DNA of 64,000 nucleotides from an uncultured Gemmataceae bacterium (GTDB taxonomy: Bacteria; Planctomycetota; Planctomycetia; Gemmatales; Gemmataceae): positions 2,176,001-2,240,000 of the forward strand of contig CAVVPN010000003.1 of assembly GCA_963750165.1 (NCBI GenBank), in the 5' to 3' direction. Positions within the stretch are counted from its first letter, which is position 1. Every line of letters begins with the position of its first letter. The position numbers and the translations under genes are program-made. Under the pieces are notes generated by a model. That model saw only the letters and a program-made list of their open reading frames with translations. It searched no databases and was not told the DNA's origin. Of this stretch, positions 30,117 to 38,152 are shown one piece after another.

Positions 30117-31624
30117 AGCACACAGCCCTGATGGCCAGCGTCGTCCTGCTCCTTTCCTTCCCCCCCCTCGCCACCGCCCAGTCGCCGCTGCGCTGGGCCG
30201 CCGACGCCGAGGGTGGTGCCCCCTTCATCTTCAAGGAACCCAGAAACGTCAGCCGCAACATCGGCTTCGAGGTCGATCTCAAGCGCGCCCTGGAGCGCGA
30301 ACTCGGCCGCAAGATCGAGTTCGTCCAGTACGAGTATGTCAAGCTCACGGAGGGCCTGGAGCGCGGCGACTTCGACTTCATCATGAACGGCTTCGACATC
30401 ACCGCCGACCGCGTCAAGCGCGTACGTTTCACGCGGCCCTACTACGCCTACCGCCTGGAGTTGGCCGTGCGTGCCGACGATCACCGCTTCGACACGCTGG
30501 CGGCGCTCAAGCAAGCCGGAGGCGTCGTCGGCACCCTGGAGGACACCGCCGCGTCGCGCTATCTGAAGCGCCAGAGGGTCAGGACCAAGGAGTACACGGA
30601 CCAGACTGGGCCGTACAACGACCTCGCCGCCGGGGTCATCGATGGCGTGTTGATGGACGCGCCCATCGCCGAGTATTACGGCAAAAAAAGCCTGGTCACC
30701 GAGGACACGGCGCTGTTCCAGAAGGCGACGCCACCGTTCCGGTTCATCGACCATTTCCCGACCTATTACTTCTACGCCATCGCGGTCCAGAAGGACAACG
30801 TGGCACTGGCCGCCGAACTGAACGCCGCCCTCGACCGTCTGCTCGCCGACGGCACCCTGCAGCGCATCTACGAGAAATGGGGCCTCTGGGACAGCAAGCA
30901 AGAGAAACTGCTGGCCGAGTACCGCGGCGACACGGCGGGCGAAGACACCGTCGGCGGCGGGGTCGCCGAATTGCTGCTCAAAGGTGCCGGCATGACCGTG
31001 TTCCTGACGTTCACCGGTTTCGCCCTGGCGGTGGTGCTGGGACTGCCGATTGCCCTGCTGCGGCTGTACGGCCCCGCGCCGCTGCGGTCCCTGGCGCTGC
31101 TCTATGTGGAGTTCTTCCGCGGCATCCCGGTGCTGTTATTGCTGGTGTTCCTGTACTTCGGCCTGCCGGAAATGGCGCGGGCGTACCGCTGGGTGGAGCA
31201 CGGCGTCACGCTGAAGCTGGACCCGGTCGTGGCGGCGATCCTCGGTTTCGGCCTGAACTACGCCGCCTACGAGTCCGAGATTTACCGGGCGGGCCTCGGC
31301 GCGATCCCGATCGGGCAGTGGGAGGCGGCGCGCTCGCTCGGCATGTCGGACGCGCTCACGTTCCGCCGCATCATCCTGCCGCAGTCCATCCGCATCATCC
31401 TGCCGCCGATGACGAACGACCTGGTGGCGCTGTTCAAGGACACCAGCGTCGTCAGCGTCATCGCAGTGGTGGAGCTGAGCAAGCAATACCAGATTCTGAC
31501 GCGCTCGAACGCCGGCGACCTGGTGACGATCGCGCTGGCGACGGCGGCGTTGTATCTGGTGATGTCGGTGCCGCTGGGGCTGCTGTCGCGCCACCTGGAG
31601 CGGCGCTGGGCGGTACGGAGTTGA
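30113..31624 (+). CDS. Polar amino-acid ABC transporter, fused substrate-binding protein and permease
   Basis: SBP_bac_3-like N-half (GFEVDL, RFTRPYY); FFRGIPVLL and GQWEAARSLGMS EAA loop. Confidence 0.9.
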   Translation: MKHTALMASVVLLLSFPPLATAQSPLRWAADAEGGAPFIFKEPRNVSRNIGFEVDLKRALERELGRKIEFVQYEYVKLTEGLERGDFDFIMNGFDITADRVKRVRFTRPYYAYRLELAVRADDHRFDTLAALKQAGGVVGTLEDTAASRYLKRQRVRTKEYTDQTGPYNDLAAGVIDGVLMDAPIAEYYGKKSLVTEDTALFQKATPPFRFIDHFPTYYFYAIAVQKDNVALAAELNAALDRLLADGTLQRIYEKWGLWDSKQEKLLAEYRGDTAGEDTVGGGVAELLLKGAGMTVFLTFTGFALAVVLGLPIALLRLYGPAPLRSLALLYVEFFRGIPVLLLLVFLYFGLPEMARAYRWVEHGVTLKLDPVVAAILGFGLNYAAYESEIYRAGLGAIPIGQWEAARSLGMSDALTFRRIILPQSIRIILPPMTNDLVALFKDTSVVSVIAVVELSKQYQILTRSNAGDLVTIALATAALYLVMSVPLGLLSRHLERRWAVRS

Positions 31625-31684
31625 TTTGGAATCTGCGATTCTGCCGCTGGCGACTGAGCCGTAAGCGGCAAAACCGACGCGCCA

Positions 31685-32833
31685 TCACACGGCGGAGGGC
31701 AGGCCCAGCACCGCCAGGGCGCCGCGGGCCACGTCGAAGGCGGCCCGCGGTCGGGCCAGGCGGCGCACGTTGCCGCGCAGCCGTTCCAGCCGCTCCGGGT
31801 CGCGCAGCAGGACCGACACCTTGTATGCCAGCGTCGCCGGGGTGTTCACCTTGACGGCGGCGCCGTTCTCCAGCAGATAATCGCTATTGCGGGTCTCCTG
31901 CCCCGGGATGGCGTTGACGATCACCATGACGCAGTCGCGCGCCAGCGCCTCCGACGTGCTCAGGCCGCCCGGCTTGGTCACCATCAGGTCCGCGGCGGCC
32001 ATCAACTCGTCGATCTCGGTCGTGAAGCCCAGTACCTTGACCCGGTGCCGCGGCGGCGTCGCCAACCCCTGCAATCGTTTGCACAGCGCCTCGTTGCGGC
32101 CCGACACCATCACCACCTGCAGCGGCTCCTCCACCGTCAGCAGCGCCCGGAACAACTCCTCCACCGGGCCGACGCCGTGACCGCCCGCGAGCTGCAGCAC
32201 GATGGGTCGGTCCGCGTCCAGCTCGTGTTTGGCGGCCATCGCGGCGCGGTCCTTCGGTGCGCTGAACACCGGGTCGATGGGGATGCCGGTGCGGATGATG
32301 TCGGCCGCGGGCACGCCCAGCCATTGCAGCGTCACGCCCGCCTCTTCCGTCGCCGTGAAATAGCGCTCGCACGGCTCATGATACCACAGCCGATGAATCT
32401 CCAGGTCCGTGGTCACGGTGACCTGCGGCGTCTTGAGCCGGCCGGCGCGGCGCAGGGCCGCGACCAGCTCGGCCGACAGGAAGTGCGTGTTGACGATCAG
32501 GTCCCACGGCTGGTCGAGCAGCAGGGCGTAGAAGCGCCGCAGGTTGGCCCCCTCCAGCCAGCGGCGCAGGCGGTCGCTGATGCCGTCCGGGCTGCTGGGC
32601 CGGCGGTCGAACAGGTTGTAGAGCAAGCCGTACAGGCTGGGCGCCTTGTTCACCATGTCGAGGTAACTGCCGGCGTAGGCGTAGCGGAACAGGCGGTTGG
32701 TCAGGTTCATGAGATCGACGCGGTGGACAGTGGCCTCGGGCGCGGCCAGACGCAAGGCCAGCTCGACCGCCTCGGCAGCGCGAACGTGGCCGGCGCCGGC
32801 CGCGGTGGATAGCACCAGAATGCGAAGCCCCAT
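31685..32833 (-). CDS. MGDG synthase / UgtP-like glycosyltransferase (GT28)
   Basis: GAGHVRAAEA, NTHFL, TKPGGLSTSEA, IPGQETRN. Confidence 0.88.
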   Translation of the reverse strand: MGLRILVLSTAAGAGHVRAAEAVELALRLAAPEATVHRVDLMNLTNRLFRYAYAGSYLDMVNKAPSLYGLLYNLFDRRPSSPDGISDRLRRWLEGANLRRFYALLLDQPWDLIVNTHFLSAELVAALRRAGRLKTPQVTVTTDLEIHRLWYHEPCERYFTATEEAGVTLQWLGVPAADIIRTGIPIDPVFSAPKDRAAMAAKHELDADRPIVLQLAGGHGVGPVEELFRALLTVEEPLQVVMVSGRNEALCKRLQGLATPPRHRVKVLGFTTEIDELMAAADLMVTKPGGLSTSEALARDCVMVIVNAIPGQETRNSDYLLENGAAVKVNTPATLAYKVSVLLRDPERLERLRGNVRRLARPRAAFDVARGALAVLGLPSAV

Positions 32834-32963
32834 GAACGCAACAACCTCCCTGAGCGGGCAACCGATTCCGCGAGGCGACAGGTTCGCCATACGGATGCCG
32901 GGCAAGGGTGCCAAGGGGCCAACCGAGCCGGTGTGGCGCGGTGCCAGAACGTATGGCGACCGG

Positions 32964-33029
32964 GGGGTAGCGGAAGTCGCCAGACTTCCGTTCGGCGCTG
33001 CTCGGAAGTCTGGCGACTTCCGCTACCCC
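32964..33029. repeat. GTAG-REP doublet, same family as 1655-1724
   Basis: gtagcggaagtcgccagacttccg...cggaagtctggcgacttccgctac. Confidence 0.88.
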
Positions 33030-33045
33030 AACCCCCACGCGCTCC

Positions 33046-33365
33046 AGAGCGGTTCGCGCGGATCGCGCCTGGGGGTGGGACGGTGGGCACGGGCTGACCA
33101 CCAGCGGCCTGCACTGCCACAGCAAGGGGGCCAAGGGGGCCAAGGGGGCCAACTTTTTCACACGTCGAGAATTGGCGCCCTGGCCCCGCACGGCTGGCAC
33201 GGCGCGACAACCGGCGGCGGTTGCCACAGCAAGAACGCCAAGGACGCCAAGAACGCCAACTTTTTCACACGTCGAGAATCGGCACCTGGCAGCGGTGCGC
33301 CGCTGGCAGGACGGCTCGGAAGCGCCGGCCTGCCGTTCGTGGTCCACGCAACTGCGAACCGCGCT
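33046..33365 (-). mobile_element. MITE-C copy 2 (inverted relative to 24678-25001)
   Basis: Termini AGAGCGGTTCGC / GCGAACCGCGCT (11/12 inverted match); internal sequence collinear with copy 1. Confidence 0.78.
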
Positions 33366-33478
33366 AAACGGCCGTCCCGGGCGGCGGTGATTTTCTTGGG
33401 AAAACTTGGCGAAATCAGCGCGACTCCGATAAAAAGGACAACTGCCAGCACGAGCGAGTCACCGTGGAGATGCCGCGC

Positions 33479-34999
33479 ATGCAACCGACCGCGAACGAGG
33501 CGCCGACCGGCCGGGCTCGCCTCAACCTGTGGGACGCCATCAGCATCATCGTCGGCATCGTCATCGGCACGACGATTTTCAAAATCCCGTGGCTGATCTT
33601 CAGTAACGTCTCCGACCCGTGGATGGGCCTGCTGGTCTGGGTCGTCGGCGGCGTCCTGGCGGTGGTCGGCGCCCTCTGCTACGCCGAGCTGGCCACCACC
33701 TACCCGCGCTCCGGCGGCGACTACGTGTACCTGACGCGGGCGTTCGGCGACTGGTGCGGCTTCCTGTTCGGCTGGGCGCAGCTGGCGGTGGTGCTGACGG
33801 CCAGCATCGGCGCCATGGCCTACGTCTTCGGCGACTTCGCCGTCGATTTCCCCGAACTGAAACAGTTCTGGGAGGAGCGCGGCCTGATCCCCAACTTCAT
33901 GTACGCGGTGCTGGCGGTCGTGGTCATCACGGTGCTGAACCTGGGCGGCGTCGTCTTCGGCAAGTGGACGCAGAACGTGTTGACGGCCGCGAAGGTCGTG
34001 GGCCTGGCCGCCATCCTGGTCGCGGGCTTCATGGCCCCGCAGTTCGACGCCTGGTACCCGACGAAGTCGGCGGACTACGTCGGCTGGGGCGGCCTGGCGC
34101 TGGTCCTGGTGCTGTACGCCTACGGCGGCTGGAACGACGCCGCCTTCGTCGCCGCCGAAGTCCACGACGTGCGCCGCAACATCCCGCGGGCGCTGATCCT
34201 GGGCGTGTCATTCATCACGCTCATTTACCTGCTGGTGAACGTCGCCTACCTGCTGGGGCTGGGCTTCGACGGGGCCCGGCGGCCGGACCTGGGTACCATC
34301 CCCGGCCGCCTGTTGACGCGGGCGTTCGGCGACTTCGGCGGCAAGGCGATCACGGTCATCGTCATGGTGTCGGCACTGGGAGCGGTCAACGGCCTGATGT
34401 TCGCGGGCTCGCGCGTTTACGCCACGTTGGGGGCGGACCACAGCGCCTTCGCCTGGCTGGGCCGCTGGAACACGCGGGCCGGCGCCCCGTTCTGGGCGCT
34501 GGTCATTCAGGCGGCCATCACCCTGGCCCTGATCTTCCTGTTCGGCACCCACACCGGGCACGAGATCGTGACCGGTGCCCTGGTCGCGCTGGATCTGATG
34601 AAGGCCGGCACCGTGTGGAAGCCGGACGACGCCTTCGAGAAACTGGTGTCGCACTCCGCGCCGGTCTTCTGGGTGTTCTTCCTGCTGACCGGGCTGTCGC
34701 TGTTCGTGCTGCGCATCAAGGACCGCCACCTGACCCGGCCGTTCTCGGTGCCGCTGTTCCCGCTGCTGCCGCTCGTGTTCTGTGCCATGTGCGGGTACAT
34801 GCTGTACAAGTCGATTGAGTACGTGAAATGGGGGTCACTGTTCGGCCTGGGCGTGCTGGCGCTGGGCGTGCCGCTGTACCTGATCTCGGGCAAGCGTCCC
34901 GCTCCGGGGCCGGCGTGGCCGACGGCCGGGGTCACGGTCAACGGCGCGGCGGCCGGCGCCGAATCCGACCGCATCCGCCAGGGAGAGCCGCCCCTGTGA
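33479..34999 (+). CDS. APC-family amino acid permease
   Basis: VGIVIGTTIF, YAELATTYPRSGGDYVYL, YAYGGWNDAAFVAAE; many TM segments. Confidence 0.92.
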   Translation: MQPTANEAPTGRARLNLWDAISIIVGIVIGTTIFKIPWLIFSNVSDPWMGLLVWVVGGVLAVVGALCYAELATTYPRSGGDYVYLTRAFGDWCGFLFGWAQLAVVLTASIGAMAYVFGDFAVDFPELKQFWEERGLIPNFMYAVLAVVVITVLNLGGVVFGKWTQNVLTAAKVVGLAAILVAGFMAPQFDAWYPTKSADYVGWGGLALVLVLYAYGGWNDAAFVAAEVHDVRRNIPRALILGVSFITLIYLLVNVAYLLGLGFDGARRPDLGTIPGRLLTRAFGDFGGKAITVIVMVSALGAVNGLMFAGSRVYATLGADHSAFAWLGRWNTRAGAPFWALVIQAAITLALIFLFGTHTGHEIVTGALVALDLMKAGTVWKPDDAFEKLVSHSAPVFWVFFLLTGLSLFVLRIKDRHLTRPFSVPLFPLLPLVFCAMCGYMLYKSIEYVKWGSLFGLGVLALGVPLYLISGKRPAPGPAWPTAGVTVNGAAAGAESDRIRQGEPPL

Positions 35000-35042
35000 G
35001 ATTGATTCCGAGAAAGCCAACCCGTTTTGGAGGAACCCCACC

Positions 35043-35609
35043 ATGCGTCGCTTCGTGATGGTTTCGCTGACCGTGTTCGCCCTGATGTTGACCTTCGGCC
35101 TGGCGCCGGCGGCGCCCACGCAGCCCCAGATGGGCGACGTGATTTACGTGCCGACGCCCTATGAGGTCGTGGACAAGATGCTGGAGATGGCCGACGTGCG
35201 CAAGGGAGAGGTCGTCTATGATCTCGGTTGCGGCGATGGTCGCATCATGGTGCGCGCGGCCCAGAAATACGGCGTCAAGGCGTACGGCTGGGACATCGAT
35301 CCGGAGCGCATCAAGGATTCGCTGGCGAACATCGAGAAGAACAACGTCAAGAAGCTGGTGACGGTCACGCGCGGCAACATTTTCCAGCTGGACCTGAGCG
35401 GTGCGAACGTGGTCACGCTCTACCTGTTGCCGCAGCTCAATGTCAAGCTGATCCCGCAACTGGACAAGCTGAAGCCCGGTTGCCGCATCGTGTCGCACGA
35501 CTTTGACATGCAAGGGGTGCGGCCCAAGCGGGTGATTGATTTCTCTGCCGGCGGCCGCGATCACAAGATTTACCTGTGGGTGACGCCGCTGGAGAAGATC
35601 AACCCGTAA
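35043..35609 (+). CDS. Class I SAM-dependent methyltransferase with signal-like leader
   Basis: YVPTP, DLGCGDGRI, VVTLYLLP, RIVSHDFDM. Confidence 0.88.
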   Translation: MRRFVMVSLTVFALMLTFGLAPAAPTQPQMGDVIYVPTPYEVVDKMLEMADVRKGEVVYDLGCGDGRIMVRAAQKYGVKAYGWDIDPERIKDSLANIEKNNVKKLVTVTRGNIFQLDLSGANVVTLYLLPQLNVKLIPQLDKLKPGCRIVSHDFDMQGVRPKRVIDFSAGGRDHKIYLWVTPLEKINP

Positions 35610-35626
35610 GTAGCGCTTTTGAGCTT

Positions 35627-35711
35627 GGCGAGCGGCGCGGCGTCAGCCCGCCGGTACTGCGCAGTGTCAAGGACTGCGCAGTACCGGCGGGCTGACGCCG
35701 CGCCGCTCGCC
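35627..35711. repeat. Long inverted repeat (GCGAGCGGCGCGGCGTCAGCCCGCCGGTACTGCGCAGT) between convergent genes
   Basis: ~39-bp arms with a short loop; related to 62805-62904. Confidence 0.85.
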
Positions 35712-35712
35712 G

Positions 35713-37725
35713 TTAAAAACTCCCGTCCGCCCACGCCAGCCACGCCGACGCCGACGCGTCGCTGGGCATGCGCCAGTCGCCGCGCGGCGACAGACTCACC
35801 GAGCCCACCTTCGGCCCGTCCGGCAGACACGAGCGCTTGTACTGGCTGGCAAAGAAGCGCCGCAGAAACTCGCGCAGCCAGCGGCGCACCTCGGCGGCTG
35901 TGTAAGCGCGATCGAACTGCGCGTGCCCCGCCAGATACAGGATTTTCTCCGGCGGACAGCCGAAGCGCAGGAAATGGTACAGGAAGAAGTCGTGCAGCTC
36001 ATACGGGCCGACGACCTCCTCGGTCGCTTGCACCGCCTCACCCGCGGCCCCGATCGGCAGCAGTTCGGGGGAGATCGGGGTCGCCACGATGCTGAGTAAA
36101 ATCCGCTGTGCCTCGCCGGCGAACTCGTTCCGCGCCGCCCAGTCCACCAGGAATTTGACGAGCGTCTTCGGGATACTGACGTTGGGGTTGTACATGCTCA
36201 TGTGGTCGGCGTTGTAGGTACACCAGCCGAGCGCCAGTTCGGACACGTCGCCGGTGCCGATCACGAAGCCGTGGTTCATGAGCAGGCTCGTCCGCATCCG
36301 CGCCTGGATGTTCTCGAACGCCAGGTCCGCCCGCTGCTTCGCCGTCAGCTGGTCCAGTTTCGCCGTCAACTCCGCGACGCCCAGCCCCTCCAGCGGAATG
36401 CCGAACGGCCGGTGCCCCAGCGCCTTCATTTCCTCCAGGCACAGCGGGCGGATGTCGATCTCCTGAGCCGACACCTGCAGTTCACGCATCAGCGCTTTTG
36501 CATTGGTATTGGTGAGCGCCGTGGTGCCGAAACCTGGCAGCGTCAGTGCCTGGATGTGCGCGCGCGGCACGCCGAGCAGGTCGAAGGTCTTGCACGCCAC
36601 CAGCAGCGCCAGCGTCGAGTCGAGGCCGCCGCTGACGCCGATGCTGACCGGCGGCGTGCCGACGTATTCCAGGCGCCGGGCCAGCGCCGCCACCTGAGTC
36701 TGGAAAATCTCCTGGCAGCGCTCCGCGAGCCGCTCCTGGCCGCGCGGCACGAACGGGTGCGCGTCCACCGGCCGCCGCAGCTGCGGGGCCTGTTCGCCGC
36801 GGCGCAGCGTACACGGCACACGGCGATAGGGTTTGTCCTTGACCAGCTGCAGGTGCGCGTCCCAGAAGCTGCTGGTCTTCTGCCGTTCGTTGACCAGACG
36901 CTCAAGGTCCACGTCGGTGACGAGCAGCGTTTCGTCGCGGCGGAAGCGCTCCGACTCCGCGAGCAGGGTGCCGTTCTCCGCGATCAGGCAGTGGCCGCCG
37001 AAGACGAGATCGGTGGTCGATTCGTCGCCGCCGCAGGAGGTGTAGACGTAGCCCGCGACACACCGCGCCGACTGGCCGAGCACCAGCTGCCGTCGATACG
37101 CCGCCTTGCCGATGACCTCGTTGCTGGCGGACAGGTTCACCAGGAGCGTGGCGCCGTGCAGCGTCTGGTGAGCGCTCGGCGGGATGGGCGTCCACAAATC
37201 CTCGCAGATTTCGACACCGACGATCAGACCGGGCGCGTCGTCGGTGGCGAACAGCAGATCGGTGCCGAACGGCGTCGGCTGGCCGGCGACGACGGTTTCC
37301 TTGCGGTTGGCGTTGACCGCGTGGCTGAACCAACGGCCCTCGTAGAACTCCTTGTAATTGGGCAGGAACGTCTTGGGTAGCACGCCGAGGAGCCGGCCGC
37401 GCTGCAGCACGGCAGCGCAGTTGAAAAGCTGGTCCTCGACCGCCAGCGGCAGGCCGACGACGGCCAGCCCGTCGAAGCCGCCGCACTCGGCGTCGAGCAA
37501 CCGCCGCAGCGCCGCGACCGCCGCGCGCTGCAGCGTCACCTGCTGGAACAGATCGGCGCAGGTGTAGCCGGTCAGGGCCAGCTCGGGGAAGACAACGACC
37601 GCGACACCCTCCGCCTGGGCCTGTGCCAGCAGGCCGAGGATGCGGCCGGCGTTGTAGTCGCAGTCGGCGACCCGCAGCTTCGGCACCGCAGCGGCGACGC
37701 GCACAAATCCGTGATGGTTCGGCAT
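35713..37725 (-). CDS. nadE: Glutamine-dependent NAD+ synthetase
   Basis: Nitrilase domain (FPEL, LPNYKEFYE, EICEDLW) plus SGGLDST and KRSCLPDGPKVGSVSLSPRGDWRMPSD. Confidence 0.95.
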   Translation of the reverse strand: MPNHHGFVRVAAAVPKLRVADCDYNAGRILGLLAQAQAEGVAVVVFPELALTGYTCADLFQQVTLQRAAVAALRRLLDAECGGFDGLAVVGLPLAVEDQLFNCAAVLQRGRLLGVLPKTFLPNYKEFYEGRWFSHAVNANRKETVVAGQPTPFGTDLLFATDDAPGLIVGVEICEDLWTPIPPSAHQTLHGATLLVNLSASNEVIGKAAYRRQLVLGQSARCVAGYVYTSCGGDESTTDLVFGGHCLIAENGTLLAESERFRRDETLLVTDVDLERLVNERQKTSSFWDAHLQLVKDKPYRRVPCTLRRGEQAPQLRRPVDAHPFVPRGQERLAERCQEIFQTQVAALARRLEYVGTPPVSIGVSGGLDSTLALLVACKTFDLLGVPRAHIQALTLPGFGTTALTNTNAKALMRELQVSAQEIDIRPLCLEEMKALGHRPFGIPLEGLGVAELTAKLDQLTAKQRADLAFENIQARMRTSLLMNHGFVIGTGDVSELALGWCTYNADHMSMYNPNVSIPKTLVKFLVDWAARNEFAGEAQRILLSIVATPISPELLPIGAAGEAVQATEEVVGPYELHDFFLYHFLRFGCPPEKILYLAGHAQFDRAYTAAEVRRWLREFLRRFFASQYKRSCLPDGPKVGSVSLSPRGDWRMPSDASASAWLAWADGSF

Positions 37726-37822
37726 GGGAATCACGCAAAGCCAGGGTAAGCACACCAGCCTCAACCCCCCTGTCATCGTACAAGGAGTTGAGGCCGGTTT
37801 GGACGTTTGAGATTTCCTGAGA

Positions 37823-37854
37823 ATGGGTGAGTGACGGGACTCGAACCCGCGACC
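37823..37854 (-). other. Isolated tRNA 3' half (T-arm plus acceptor strand), att-site-like remnant
   Basis: Minus strand GGTCGCGGGTTCGAGTCCCGTCACTCACCCA; no matching 5' acceptor strand or D-arm upstream. Confidence 0.65.
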
Positions 37855-38152
37855 GCATTACCAAAATGAGTGTACGGCCAGCCGCCCTATTTGCAAGGTT
37901 CTGCCGCTGGCAGAAAGAAGAACAACCTGCTTGACCGGCGCCGCCGGCCGCATTACGATACAACCTGTTGCAAGGTCGCCGCTGCCTTGCCACCGTGACC
38001 CCCACCCAGCGGACCAACCAACCTCGCGGGCCCGCTCCCCAGTGACGGCCCCAACCGCCTCGCCATCCGGTGCTGCCCCGTGGCGATGACCAACCGCCGG
38101 CGTGCCCGCCACGCCCCGCCAGTGACTTTTCGCTACTGCAGAGGAGACCATC

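Noticed and set aside
37823..37900. Intact tRNA gene (e.g. Thr-GGT or His)
   Set aside because: No complementary 5' acceptor strand, D-arm or proper anticodon stem.
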